Of a stretch of DNA of 64,000 bases, positions 37,101 through 50,768 are shown in pieces. The notes beneath the pieces were generated by a model. That model was not told where the DNA came from. It saw only the letters and a list, made by a program, of their open reading frames with translations, and did no database searches. Source of the stretch: Carcharhinus longimanus (taxonomy: Eukaryota); contig JASCQW010000099.1 in NCBI GenBank assembly GCA_030264375.1, forward strand, positions 52,897,722 through 52,961,721, given 5' to 3'. A program made the translations under genes and the position numbers. Within the stretch, counting starts at the first letter, position 1. Each line of letters opens with the position of its first letter.

Positions 37101-39539
37101 AACTTGGGCAACTTTTAATTACCCTGAGCACCTGCCCGAAAACTAGTTTAGGTTAAAAATGCAAATTTTGGATGCTGCAAAGAAAAATCAAGCTTCCTTT
37201 GAAAACTTTATTCCCGGAGATTTTCCTGGAACATTTTGGTCTCTAATTTTGATGGCCGAGGAGAAGCATAAAATCCATGGATGTTTTAGGTGCAAGCCAA
37301 ATTTCTTACGTCATTCAATAAATTCCGGGTCCAACAAGAAGTAAATTTCAAATCAAACTGTAAAGGATTTGTAGATTTGGAGTGACTGAAGAATTNNNNN
37401 NNATCTATTCAATGTTCATTAAAATCCATGTTTGCGTGATCAAAGTTAGATTTCTTTAAATTAAATCTATTAAACTGTTCTTCTGAAATAACATTGGGTT
37501 TGAGTTGTGACAGGAGCTTTTACAATGTTAAATCAGGAGAAGTAATTCCTACCTCTCCCTGTCCCTGCAAAATGAGAAATGAGGTAAAAGTGTTTTTTCT
37601 TTGCCATAACATTCAGCGATAGCACATTTTGCTACAAGACAGGGGCTTGTGTCCTTACTGGTGAAATGATGAATTTATTGTACTTAACTCAGTGAACTGG
37701 TTAAAAATAAGTAAATTTTCCACTCTAATGAAGAGGAATAGCTGGTCCAAGACCTGAAAAATGAACCTTTGCATCGCCAACAAAAATATCAAGTGTTTTA
37801 AACATCCCACTCCAGTCCATTTCTCTTTGAAATATGTGAAACACAGACATACGGACTAGATAGATGTGGCTGTCTTTAAACTCCTTGTTTGATTTATTCC
37901 GCCTCTTTTGGGTCTATGTTTTCCAATTGTTTCTTTTCCATTTGAAATTCCATATCAGATTTGCAAAGAGTGCTCAGCAAGTAAATTGGTGACAGGGAAT
38001 AATAAAACGTGCAGACTTGACATTCTAAAGAGATTCCAGCAAATTCACCAACACTTAATGCTCTGTTAAAGGGCTACTATACTGCAAATAAATCACATCC
38101 TTTTAACTTCCTCTTCCCTGCAAAAAACAAAAACACCATCAAGAAATATTCATGTTGTTATCCAATCCAGACAAAAAAAAATGTCCTGTAAGGATCCAGA
38201 TAAAGATAATTTAGTTGTAATCTCCTCAATGATCTATATACTGTATCTAAATCTATATGCAAATAGAAGCTTTCAAGCATTTAACACAATCCCCAGCATC
38301 TAGGGTGAGAGCTTTCAGTTTACATTGGCTGCTTAAATAATTTACTCTGCTTGCTTGCCTATTGGCATTGAAGCTGCTCCGGTAAAACCCACAAAGCACA
38401 CTCTGAATAACCAGATGGACTAACTATGCAGCAGGTGGAACACATGGCACAGAGCCCTGTCTGATGCTGGATGCTTCAGCACGAACTAGCTTCCTTCCAG
38501 GTATATTAGCGTCAATCCAGCTTCGTCTGAAATTCTGCTTCTTTTTTTGGACTCTTCCATTTCACCTCAAAATTTGTGTGCTGACCAATTATCTCTGATG
38601 CTGTCCCTATTTTGTGAATGATTGCTGCAAGATTAATAACTCTAGTTTCTTTCAAAATGAAATGATAGCTAATCTCAATGTTTTACCTATGTTTGCTTTA
38701 CCTATAAATAGTTCAGCTGAAATGAGACAAAACTGCAAAAATAAATGTGGCAATGAATTGGACACCTAAAAGTGTGCATGACTTTCAAGAATTGTTGGTT
38801 CTTCATCTGCCTAATGACCAAAATGGTGAGTATATTTGTTGATTATATATCTATAAGTTGCTAAACCTGAAAGGTGTAAATCATCCACATTTTGTAATGA
38901 CTTTCTTTTCTTTTATCAAGTCTCTCAGAGCTACTTTCCACTACATTCATTAAAAAAAACTTTGTCCTCAAATCTTAAACAGGTGCGGTCAACCTCTTTT
39001 ATGAAATCTCTAAAGTTATACCACAGGGTCTAAAACCAATTGCAATAAAGTACAAAGTAAAGTTGGCTAAAGTCATATTCAGATGACAAATCATTTCGTA
39101 CATGCCACGATAAAGCTTTGCCTCTTGGTGCATGCTTTAACAGTAAGGCAGAGCAGGTTGGACCTTCCACTTCCTCTTAACAGTAGAAAGACCCACTATA
39201 AAGTTTACAGGGTAGCTAGATCTTCCAACTTTTAAACCCCAGATTTTATGTCAGAGTGGATTTATAATGCACATCATCCCAAGCTCAAAATGGTTTGATA
39301 CTTGGCTTTGGTGGAATTTAGGAGTTAGATTGAGTACCTGACACTGCACCTTCCATGCACACATGCATTGGAAACTGCTTCTCATCAAGGCCAAAGTGCA
39401 AGAACATTTGCAATCCAAATTAAATAAGAGCTTGGACCAATACGTTTAAAAAAAACACTGCTAAACCCTTCTCTGACTCAAATCGGTATTCATTTGATAA
39501 TATGATTTTTCTTTTTGTGGAAAGTTTGGATGATTCCAA

Positions 39540-39639
39540 NNNNNNNNNNNNNNNNNNNNNNNNNNNNNNNNNNNNNNNNNNNNNNNNNNNNNNNNNNNNN
39601 NNNNNNNNNNNNNNNNNNNNNNNNNNNNNNNNNNNNNNN
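39540..39639. other. Assembly gap (100 N, probably unknown size) in ESRRG intron 1
   Basis: Exactly 100 N. Other N runs: 2796-2805, 4038-4163, 13496-13505, 29889-29920, 37396-37402, 61765-61774, 62247-62283. Confidence 0.95.
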
Positions 39640-42600
39640 ATTCCAATAAAAATTAAAACAAATTAATTCTTGGATGTCTTTTTAACTGGTAAGGCGGCCA
39701 CCTTCCTAAGGCACCCTGCTGCTCCTTGTTTAGGAAACAAACCGTGCCTAGCGGAAGAACGCTTCTCGCTTTGGCGTGTTCTGTTTGGGTTGTCCACATC
39801 CTCTGGCACAAGCCTGTTTTTGCATTGCACACACCAGCTGCTGACTAGATTTGGACCAAACTGTTTTGTTTTAGGGAGTGACCTACTTCATGCACACAAA
39901 ACAACCTGACCAAACCCAGCTCCCCATACTCAATCCAGAAGGGGGAAAAGGAGGAAGAAAATAAATAAACAAGCTATGATCCACTGCCTTCCACGAGGGT
40001 AGAAGTTGCTGCAATTGCACAGGATTGAGATATTCCCGCAATTTATCAGGGTTAACTATCATCTTCCTTTATCCATGTTTTGTGCAATGTGTTTTGGTGG
40101 CAAGCTACTTAATACCAACATTGTTCTATCAAGACAAATTGGAGGCACATACAGGGGACTAAATTGCAATTTATGACGCTGATTATAAAGAATAAGGATC
40201 GCTGCAGTGGATACTGTTCCTTCAAACGTGCTAACAAAATAGAACTATTTAAAGATCTAATGTAGCAATAGTTGAAGATTAGATTGTCCAACATGAAATT
40301 AAAATCTGGCTTTCTACCCAAGCTTGAGCTGAGGAATTAAAAAGAACTTGACAAAAAGGTCCAAATATTAATTACAATATCCACGGGGACTATCCTGGAG
40401 TTCAGAAGCAGCAGCCAACTGAAGCATTATTGAATCACTCTAACTTATAAGCTTTTGCATGTAAACCCCTTTTCTAAAAACATTATCTTAAAAATAAAAC
40501 AGGCTTCAACTCTTGGAAATGGCCTTTCAACTTTTCTGGATTCATAGAAATTAAAATTTTAGAGCTTAGAAATGATTTTTTCCCCTCCCCATCTGCTTTC
40601 TGTAACAAATTGAAAAAGTAACCCTCTGGATTGCATGCTTGCCTAAAGCAGACTAAATGAAAATGAAATAGCTGTACTAAATCGACTTTGGGAAAAGGTA
40701 GTCATTTTACGTATGTCTCTCTGGTTGAATTATCCAACACTGACGCAAGTAGAAAAATAAAATTCAAACACTGAGATGCCACAGCATGGCTTACTGCCGT
40801 TTGAATTGATATCCAAAGTATGAATCATTGAGTTTCACTGATGTAAAACTTGGTATTTTATTCACACTGGGTAACAAGCTGCCTCCAGAAATGATTGCCC
40901 ATGCCTGTTCAAAATATATCAACATTTCAAAGCTCTCATCATTTTATCGAGTAGCTGAACAGGACAATTATTGCAACCTGCACTTTCTATGTTATGTGAG
41001 GCACCGTCATGATAAAAATTAAAGTGTTACAAACACAATAAAGCTAAATTAATACATGTTGGAGCCTTTACTCACCTAAATTTTATATGCATGCTTGACT
41101 TAAATTATTCAAATCAGGATTAAACATATACCAGTTAATATTTATTTTCAGAATTTCTCAATTTTGGGAGTTTGAATATCTTGTTCTTTTAAAAAAATAT
41201 ATATATATACATCAAGGTAATTTACAAGTTAGACAAAGAATAATGCATGAACGAACAGAATAACATATAAAAGACAGGATGGAAAGGCAAATCTTTAGCA
41301 GCAGTAAGATATAAAGTCAGCGTCAGAGTTATCTGCTGGAGAATTCAAAGACTGGACAAGTGGACAATACAGGCATTGGGCCTCAAGTGAAGCTGGACAT
41401 ATACTTGTTCTGAAATGTCTTATCTGTGTAACCTGCTGGGATTAGTTTAACACAGTAAAGCCAATTATAGCACTTGCCATTACGCCAGCTAACTCCAACC
41501 ACCACCCCCACCTCCCCCATCCCTTACAGGCACTTTTATGTCTGAGCAATGCCCTTAAGTGTGGAACGAACCTCTCCTCTTGATTTCCAGAAAGAACAAT
41601 CATACAAATAAAGCCAAGCCTGTGCTGTGATTCAGCAGCAGTGTTGAAGCAGGCAAGACCCATTCCATCTGTGGAGCTGTGGCCATATGATTGATTGGAC
41701 AGGTGTCATTCATTCTAATGTTAAAACCTGACAGTGCTGATCTGTAAGGCTCTCCCGACTAATACAGTCTGAAGCCAATTACATCGCTCCATATGGGTAC
41801 AGTAAAGTGGCCACCGCAACAAACAGTTGCGTCTTGCTCGTGCCACGATAGCTTGAGCGGTCATTTAAGGAAAGGCCATTTTGTCAAGAGAGACCCAAGC
41901 CCGCCTTGCTGCACCACCCTTTAATGTGCCTTATATCAATTTACATTTTGCTTACACTTGAGGTGACACTCGGTAATGGCCGAACAGGTATTTCAGCGTA
42001 AGTGTGGCTGGGGGAGAAAGGAACATTAGGAACCTGGTGAGCAACTTTTTTTTTCGTTGTTGCTTCAAGTCCAAGGAGGGAGAAGCAAAGGAAGATGCAA
42101 TAACTGAGCAGCAAGCCAGCGAGATTGTTCATGTCGGAGCCACACTATCAAACACACGTGAAGTATGATTGGGGACACAGGGGGTAAATATTTCACTGCC
42201 AGACAGTACTGAAAGCTGCAATTCATTTCTCTCTCGGTTTAGGACAATGACAATTTAATACAAGGCAAGTGAATGTAAAAGAGATAATACAGCACAAACT
42301 GCTTCAGTGTAATCGCCTATTTCCTCTGGAGAGCTTAACCACAGTGGCACAGGCACACATTGAGCAGATCAAAAATATATTGTTTTTTTTTCCTCAAGCT
42401 TTCCAATTAAAATATTATTGGTAGGCTTCTGCAGCTCTGGAAGGCTTACTGAACACAAAGACAGGGAATACACTTGTTTTACAAAAAGAAGCTTTGGTGA
42501 GAAATGAAATCAGGAGCCGCAAAGGTTTTTTCTTTATTTTTACTGCAGGTTAATTACTGTAGCACAGGAGGCTCTGATAACAAAAGAGTGCAGCCAAACA

Positions 42601-42944
42601 CATTCAAACGAACGCACTAAATAGCCGTATTCCCTGGAAATGCAAGGTTGTCACAGTGAACATCCCAGCACCTTTCAAATGGAGCTCTGACCTCTTGCAA
42701 TATTTAAAGCTCCGTGCAAATATGCAAAACCAGCTGAACAGCAGGGGGGAAAGAAAACTCCGCTGAGGCATTTTTGAGCACTGAAGGTATTTTCATACAG
42801 GTTTGTGACGTTCTCCCCCATACCCCGAGCCTGTTGCTGACTTGAACAGGGGCGATCATTTAAAGAGATGAATGATACAATGAAAAGTAAAATAACTTGA
42901 GACAAGTTGTCAGCTAACTGAGATCAAGGCACAGTTTATTGGGG

Positions 42945-43044
42945 NNNNNNNNNNNNNNNNNNNNNNNNNNNNNNNNNNNNNNNNNNNNNNNNNNNNNNNN
43001 NNNNNNNNNNNNNNNNNNNNNNNNNNNNNNNNNNNNNNNNNNNN
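42945..43044. other. Assembly gap (100 N, probably unknown size) in ESRRG intron 1
   Basis: Exactly 100 N, so the nominal 24.9 kb length of intron 1 is uncertain. Confidence 0.95.
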
Positions 43045-43625
43045 AGACCAAGTTTTACAAAGATCTGTTACCTTTGAAATAGTATATTTTGCTGCATTTA
43101 ATCATGAATACAACATACAGAACCCTATGTAAGAAATGTAGTGATAAGAAAATATCAAAAACAAAGGCCATGTGTACAAATTTCATTCGGATGCAACTAC
43201 ATTAAGAAGATTATAAAAAGCAATCGTACAAATTAGCTTTTAGAGCAGGAAATCAAAAAAGCTCTTTTTTTAAAAAAAATCCTCACATCCCTTAAAATGA
43301 AGCACTAAAAAAAATCTACATATAAAATAGATACAGAAGAAATATATAGCATTTGACAGCACAGTGCTCGTCCATTCCTTTGGCTTTCTCACATCTTTGG
43401 CTAAATTACAAATAGCAGCACAATATGCAGTAACAGTAGACTGCTTCTGGGAATCTGGAGATAATTCAGAAAACATCCGTTGCACTGAAGAGTAGGACGT
43501 AATCCTGGCACAAAACATGCAAGCAAGCAGCACAGACACACAGGGAGATACACACATATACAGCAAACCCCTATAGCCCTGCAAAGCAAAAAGCCCAGAA
43601 TGGGGAGGAAAGAAAAGGTACCTAC

Positions 43626-43681
43626 TCTTCGTCGTAGTGGAGAGAAAAAGATTCAGGGAGACAAAGTTCTACCAAATCCAT
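43626..43681 (-). CDS. ESRRG: ESRRG first coding exon (long isoform N-terminus, MDLVELCLPESFSLHYDE+GA)
   Basis: Minus strand reads ATG GAT TTG GTA GAA CTT TGT CTC CCT GAA TCT TTT TCT CTC CAC TAC GAC GAA GA|gtaggt. This matches the mammalian ERR-gamma long N-terminus MDSVELCLPESFSLHYEEE. The 56 coding nt (phase 2) join in frame to the exon starting at 18736 (GA|G CTT CTC TGC AGA ATG = ELLCRM). Too short for the ORF track. Confidence 0.95.
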
Positions 43682-43697
43682 GTGCGCTCAGCACCAT
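43653..43697 (-). other. Overlapping upstream ORF (14 aa, MVLSAHGFGRTLSP*)
   Basis: ATAATGG at 43697 lies 16 nt upstream of, and out of frame with, the ESRRG ATG at 43681. It ends at TGA 43655-43653 inside the coding exon. Confidence 0.7.
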
Positions 43698-43850
43698 TAT
43701 TCGAGCCCACACTCCTGGCAATAAATCAAAGTTCCCTGACAGAGTGGCGCAATTAACACAAATGTTCTCTGGTGACAGCCTATAGGCAAAGCCAGCTGGG
43801 ACCAGGCTCGCACTCTCCTAATCAAGGTCTTAAAGTCCCGATTGTAGCTT
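43682..43850 (-). other. ESRRG: ESRRG 5' UTR of the exon carrying the long-isoform start
   Basis: Minus strand AAGCTACAATCGGGACTTTAAGACCTTGATTAGGAGAGTG...GCCTATAGGCTGTCACCAGAGAACATTTGTGTTAATTGC...ACTTTGATTTAT...AATAATGGT...GCACATG closely resembles my recollection of the human ESRRG mRNA 5' UTR. The 5' boundary is approximate. Confidence 0.75.
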
Positions 43851-44040
43851 ATTAATATGAAGCAGGTCTTTACATATGCAATCCCCGACCTCACCAGTCA
43901 TCGCATTGGTGGGATTGCAGCCAGTCAGAGCAAAGCACTGCAGACAGGACAATTCCTACACTGGCTTAGGGAAGCAATGCAGGTACAGTAGGCGGGAAGT
44001 CTCTAAACAGGGAGGAGGGAAGCAAAATTCCACAACCATA
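43851..44040 (-). promoter_or_regulatory. Putative proximal promoter of ESRRG
   Basis: Immediately upstream of the inferred 5' UTR; repeat-free; CCAAT on the minus strand at about 43904-43908 and an AT-rich ATATGTAAA at about 43869-43877. The TSS is not directly observable. Confidence 0.45.
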
Positions 44041-47000
44041 TACAGTACAGCATTTAAAGCACAATTTTCCATTTGCCTTTAAACAGTGTACAAAAGCAGC
44101 TTAAAGGGACAGTGCTCGTTTGCTCTTTTGCTGAAGTTCCTGTGAAAATGACTGACTGTGCTAATAGAATTCATTTTACTACAGGTTTAATACAATTATT
44201 TTGCCTGTAGTATTCTTAATAAAATTCTTGTGGAGTAGAATTAAATATTTACAGTAGTCCTTTTCTGTGCCTTTCTATATAAAATCCATGAGGTTATTTT
44301 ATACTCTTTTGATAGCTAAACTGTCTTTCCCAAAGTATTGTAAAGGCAATCACCACTTTATCTTGTAAAAAGATTAAAATCTAAACACAGACTGCACCAT
44401 ATCCTGAAAGCTGCTCTTAAAGGGCTCTCGTGCCATTTTTACCTTTTTTCCTCTAAATTTAAAAGTCAGCAATGGTTAATAGATTTCACACATTGAGCCA
44501 GCTGTGTTACTTAACAAATATTTTCTTAATTTTGCAAAGTGGTGGCTTTTATTCTCTCCCTTTCTTGCCAATTTAGAATAAAGCCAAGGGCTCATGAGGA
44601 AAAAGTTAACAGGGGGAGCTTTTACACCTTTATATTCAACTTGAAAACTAAGAATCCATTAGAAGAATGGTGACAAATACTTCCCCTGTGCAAACACCAA
44701 TATCTTTACTGTGTTGACATGAATTGCTTGCTACAGAGCAATACGCCGATGTGGCTTGAAGCAATTGTAGAAAGGCTAACCGGCGTCAAAGCCATTGCAA
44801 GAACTGTTCTGAAATACAGCTCCTCCAATCATAGTCTCCTTCCAATGATGCGAGCTCCAACAGCTGGCTGTCTCTCTGCATTCTGTTAACCCAATGCAAA
44901 CCCCTTTTACCATCCAGAAGCAAAGCTGCCTCAGAATTGCTTCTGATGTTGAATTAGCCATTCTGCAACCGCAGACGCAGTGGTAGTTGCTCGCTTGTAA
45001 GTATGTATTAAAGGTTTGGTCATCTTTCAATAAAGTTGAAAATACCTTCAGAAAGAAGAATTCGGTCTAATTATGGCATGGGTGAGGACCAGATTCAGCT
45101 GAGTTTGCAGATTTCATCAACAGGCAGTTCCACTGTATTAAGATTCAATTATTGACATTTACGTGCTAGGGAATCAAAGATCAAGTACAAGTAATTTTTG
45201 CTACAATTCATACATTTGCCTAGTCTAACACATCAAAAAAATTTACTTAGAAGCGCTAAACCTCCGCATTCATATTTCTCGTTTTTCAGAATTTTTCCCC
45301 TTATAATTTAAATTCGACTTATCCAATGTTCAAGTCAAATGCAGTGAATTAACGATATACCTGTCAGTACTTACATACGGAAAAAACGCCATTCAAACGG
45401 CACTGGAAGACTGCATTAGGTTGTCACTTTAGAAGATCCTGGCACCGTATGGGCATTGGAGGCATAGTCCTTTGCCAGAGTTTCGCAGCCCAGATGCACA
45501 CACACGCTCCTCACACTACACTTACAGTTCTCCAGATAAAACACCACATGGCTGCGCCCAGCTCCTCTGACTTTCAAATCACCCAGGAGAACATTTTAAA
45601 TAGAAACAAGATGTTTATCGTAATTCCAAGCCATCCCTCTTTAAAAAAAACTGTTGCACGTATACAATGACAAAACATTTTTTTTTCTCTCCTTTCTGGT
45701 TCCAAACAGGAGGAGCAACCATGCACCTAGCTCCATCAATCGCACATGACCAGCCCTTGATATTGTTATACGCTGTACTGACAGTACGTACCTACAATCT
45801 ATTTCATCTCTGATGTGCTGCTTAGAAGAAATGTTATCATGTGCAATGGCCTGGATCATATGGTATTGACCAGCCCGACACATTTCATATTTATTTTGTG
45901 TGTCGGATCCTGCTTTTTTGGTGGGATTGTGTCAACTGGCCACAGCACATACCAACAGAGCCTGCAAAATCTGCTTCAGCACAGACCCAGCCACTTTGCA
46001 CTCGCCAAAGTGAGAATTCCGCATCCTTTCTGAACACAAACTTTGCATTAACCCAATGTTTGGCAATAAGCACAGAGGAAAGCATAAGCAATCGGCTGTG
46101 TATTTGTATACAGAATACATTTCTTCACGAAGTCAGTGAGAACACGTCACTGTTCGATGCGGCTACAGTGGACGTAGCGCCACGGACACGGCCACCTAAA
46201 AATACCACACCTTCATGGGGAAAGGGGGGAGGGCTCGCAAAGCATCTCAGCAACATCCAGGCTTACAAATGCAACACGCTGTCAAAAGCGATCATCATAT
46301 CATGCTGCATATCTTCCTGTTCCGTTGATGCAAATGCCAACAGAAAATCTCCACTCTCCCTGACAAATCTACATCTGTACAAGAAAAGAGATGCTATTTT
46401 CCGGTACTTCTGCTGCTCCAATTATTATCATTATTTCACAATCTATCAAACTCCTACACCCAACTGCGCAAAACAGTTGCATCGCGTGGGAAATCGATCA
46501 CAAATTATATAAATATGCTACTGCACTTGTGGATGTGGGATTTTTATTTTAAATTAATTCAAATTAAGAAAGGTTGCTCCATTAACGGGCAATTCACCTC
46601 TCATCACCGGCACGTTAACCCATAAAGTACTGGTGCCCTTTAAAAGCATCAATATTTCGTGCAGTATTCTCTGTGCACTAATGATCTGTAAATTCAAAAA
46701 CCTAATGAGTGCAACATTAAATAAATGCAATAATCAGCCAATTTAAAATAAAATGTATTCCAATGGATGTAAATGCTGCAATTTGCTCTGCCCTTTATTT
46801 CTGGTAAACTCATTCTTGCCAGGATATAGGGGCTAAAGCAGGCATGTTCTTGCGTGAACCACAAATGCAATATACTTAACACAATCCTGAAAGGTACTGC
46901 TTTGACAATGCAGTATTGTAAAATAGAACACTGTAACCAAGAAGTCATGAAGCGATATATATCGCACAAATGCCTAGTTACATTTAGCAGAGTCTTTAAT

Positions 47001-47192
47001 AGTTCAATTATTTTACTGCTGAATAACTGACAAGATAAATATCAATTTTTTCAGTTTGTAAATGCTGGAAAAAATCCAAATTCATCTGTTTTGGGTCCAT
47101 CATTAATAAACTATTGAAAGCATATAGGAACATGAAAGCTACAAGCATGAATTTCACAGATCAACGTGGCATAACCAACTAATAAGCACTTC

Positions 47193-47504
47193 AGAGAATT
47201 CCTACAGTACAGAAAGAGGCCATTCAGCCCATCAATCCTGCACCGATATCAATCCCAGTTATCGCCGTAACCCCACATATTTACCCTGCTAATCCAACTG
47301 ACACTAAGGGGTAATTTAGCACAGACAATCATCCTAATTCATTCAGTTTTGGACTGTGGGAGGAAACCGGAGCACCCGGAGGAATTGGACACAGACATGG
47401 GAAGAATGTGCAAACTCCACACAGGCAGTCACCCGAAGCTGGAATTAAACCCATGTCCCTGGCGCTGTGAGGCAGCAGTGCTAACCACTGTGCCACCCTG
47501 CTGC
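47193..47504 (-). mobile_element. HE1 V-SINE
   Basis: Reverse complement of head, V-domain (ggactgtgggaggaaaccggagcacccggagga) and HER1 tail (gaattcctacagtacagaaagaggccattcagccc). Confidence 0.9.
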
Positions 47505-49635
47505 ATTTGGGAACACCCACCTGCAAAGTGATGGAATAAGTGTTGCTTGTGTTTGCTCAATTTTGATCCTTACCTCTTGGCTTCATACACGTTTTAACAT
47601 CAGAAGACAGATTTTATTTTGAACAGCCACTTACCGCCACCCTCATCAGGAGTTTTAAGTATTTTGAGGATGGAAATAACACAAAAAAACATAAACAATA
47701 TTGACTTGATATCTAATAGTGCTTTTGAAAAGTGCTTGCTGAGTGTTTTGTAACCAGTGGATTAAAGGAATGTTTCTACTGATTACAAAATGTACCCAAA
47801 ACATACAGTCGATGGACTTCTGCATCACCTGTAATTTTACGTTTACATCCATTTTACATTCAATGACAGTGCTGCAGTCAGAATTTGTATCCAAAATAGT
47901 TCTATATTTTAAATCCGGTGTGTTAAATATTTTTAATAATTGCATCAATCATTGGTGTGGGTAAGTAACTCATGCATCTGACAATAAAAGGTTGTGCCAA
48001 TTATTTTGGTCAGCAAGTTTCTGGGTATTCTTTATTTCATCTGAGGACCAGCAGAGACAATCCTGAAATGCTTTGCTTTTAAGCTGTGATCACTGGTCAC
48101 TAAAATATCCTGCTATTCCGTTCCTGACAATAGAGGGCAGTGATGACTCTATGCTTCCTTCCAAGGAGCACAATGAACATCCACAATGTTCTTTTCGTCT
48201 GCAACTACAGTCCTTAACCAACATGCACCTATCTTCAGAAAGTGCAGGCAATGAAAGAAAGGACACATGCATGAATCAGATACTGAGTTTACCCTCATGA
48301 GGTACACTGTTGCCCAATTGATATGAACAACTGATAAAATAATCACCATGGGCATCAGGCAATGCAATTGTCACGTTGAAAAAAAAAGGTGGCAGGTCGC
48401 AGGCACCCTACCATTTTGATATGTTAATAGCTCTTCTTGGCCTGTGGGTGGTCTGCTTTTGATGCTATTAACAACTTCAGCACTAAATCAAGTGACTAGT
48501 ATATTCAGGGGAATCGATTCAAAATCTTCACCCCATTTAAACCCTATGATAATATTCATATGATGGAAAAATAATTTACATATGTTTAAGGAAAAGAATA
48601 ACATGCAACATTCTTTATTTTGGATTAATTTAGCACTGTCCTGTAGATCATGATCGCTCCACATTCCTGCATTACAGCACGATAGAAGGCATGGAAATAA
48701 AGGGATTTCAGTAATTTAATTGTTATAAGCAATTCAGTCTTTCTTAGCATGTTAATTCACGCTTAATATTTTCATAAAATGTGATTCTTCAAACTGAGCC
48801 TCTAGTATTCGCAGGGTTAATGCAATGCACTCTCAACATTGCATACATACGCACCATATCGGTGCACAATACATCAACTTTATCTATGCATCATTTAGCC
48901 TTTTTAAGCTGGCAAAATGAATTGTGATTTTCCATTTCATATCAGCTAATCACGAGGCATAGCTCTTTAACCACTACAATACATTTAATCCCGCACTCCA
49001 TACACACTCCAAATAATGCATAGCATGCGGGTAATTAAAAATGTCAATTAATTGGGAATCAAGCAGAGCCCTACCACCTTGTCTCCCAGGCCACATTTCA
49101 CAGATCGTTTTATTTGTGTGTCCCTGATCTAAACGTTTGCAGCAGTTAAGGCTTTTGAGAGAGACATTACTTCTGACACATCGCAGAAATATGTTTAAAA
49201 TGAAAAGTGGAAGTGGTAGTTATAGTTTACAGAGCACAATCATGCCTTCACGGTTCCTGACATGTCCCCTGCTACTTTTCCATGTGGTTTAATTTCACCA
49301 TGAGCGCTAGTAACAAAATAAATGAAGAGCTCTTAGGCTTCACTTCACTACCTGAATTTTTTTATATAGTCTTGTAACAATAAGCAGCACATATATTTAA
49401 TACAAACTTCAAATAAAGTGTGCAAATACCACAGAGGCATACCTTTACGATCACTTTCAGAATGAGTGTGGTGGGCTCACTCCCAATGCCTGCAGCCTTT
49501 ACATACTACAGTTCTGAATCCTTGAAAGCTCAGCAAGGATGATACCACTGTTGCATCAAGATCACCACAATTATATTTCTTCTGTTAACTATATCTGCAT
49601 AAATGGTGAACCCCCAATCCCACCTGAAGCCAACA

Positions 49636-49758
49636 GCCAGAATTTTACCACCCCGCCCGCCCCAGAATCGGGGAGAGCGAAACTCGCAGAACGGCATGCT
49701 CTGTTGGTCTCGGGTGGGATCTTACAACTCTCGGGCAGGCGGGCGGTAAAATTCCGGC
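49636..49758. mobile_element. MITE
   Basis: TIRs gccagaattttaccaccc / gggcggtaaaattccggc (16/18 match). Confidence 0.75.
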
Positions 49759-49845
49759 AAGTGTTCTTAAGCACTTTCCTACCACCCATTCCACAGCAGT
49801 ACAAGTGAGGCACAAAGTTCCTTTATATTTTTTTTCACAGACATT

Positions 49846-50082
49846 ACAGAATCCCTACAGTGCAGAAGGCGGCTATTCCGTCCATTAGATCTGCACTAAC
49901 TCTCAGACAGAGCGTTCCATCCTAACCCAACATTGGATAGTCAGGGCAATTTAGCATGGCCAATTCACCCAACCTGCACATCTGTGGGAGGAAACCGGAG
50001 AACATGCAAATTCCACACAGTCATCCAAGGCCTGAATTGAACCCTAATCACTGGTGCTGTGAAGCAGCAGTGCCGCTGTGCT
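49846..50082 (-). mobile_element. HE1 V-SINE with internal deletions
   Basis: agaatccctacagtgcagaagg...gcaatttagcatggccaat...tgtgggaggaaaccggag...ctggtgctgtgaagcagcagtgc. Confidence 0.85.
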
Positions 50083-50764
50083 AACCCATTTACAGGTATA
50101 ACAGCATTTACAACTATCACGTTAATTCCAGAATGGAATGCATATCGGATTGAACCTGATGGATAAAATCTTTCCAGACAATCCAGGGAACGAAAGGGGC
50201 AGCGAAGGTAATTTTCACAGAAATTTCAGTGTAAATCAAACTTGCGGTATTTTATCAGTTGCATGTACTTCCTCCCTGGAGAGAGGGCGGAGTGGGGGAG
50301 ATGATGGGGAGGTGGTGGTAGAGAGGCAATGGCCAGGCAGTCAAAAGCTGAAGTCTTGAAACAATCTACCCACAACAAATGATTTCATGGCCCTAATAAG
50401 AACCAAAATGCACTCTTTGGCTAGTAGATATTCTAGGTTCACTTAAACAATTGGAGGCTATATATGAATCTAGCTGAATTTGCCAATGCTAACAACAGTG
50501 CCACTAAACCGGCGACTGCTAAGTATGCTGCAGAATGGGAGGAAGCAGGGGTTTAGAGAATGCAAGGAACCTGTGCATCAGGTTAATTCAGTAGTCTTGG
50601 AATTCTGGTGGAACTGCAAAATTTCTACATGATGCAGAGTTTCCACAGAGCCGACACTGCCACCGTCCAAAGCCTTAACTGTAGTGGTACTGGTGGGAGG
50701 GCTTGTTTAACCCCTATTATCTGAAAGCAGTTACACAAGGGACCTCATACAGGAGCGCGCGCAT

Positions 50765-50768
<4 letters not shown>

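Noticed and set aside
45841-46512. Longest ORF in the track (223 aa, + strand)
   Set aside because: Non-ATG start, no recognisable domain, composition typical of random translation.
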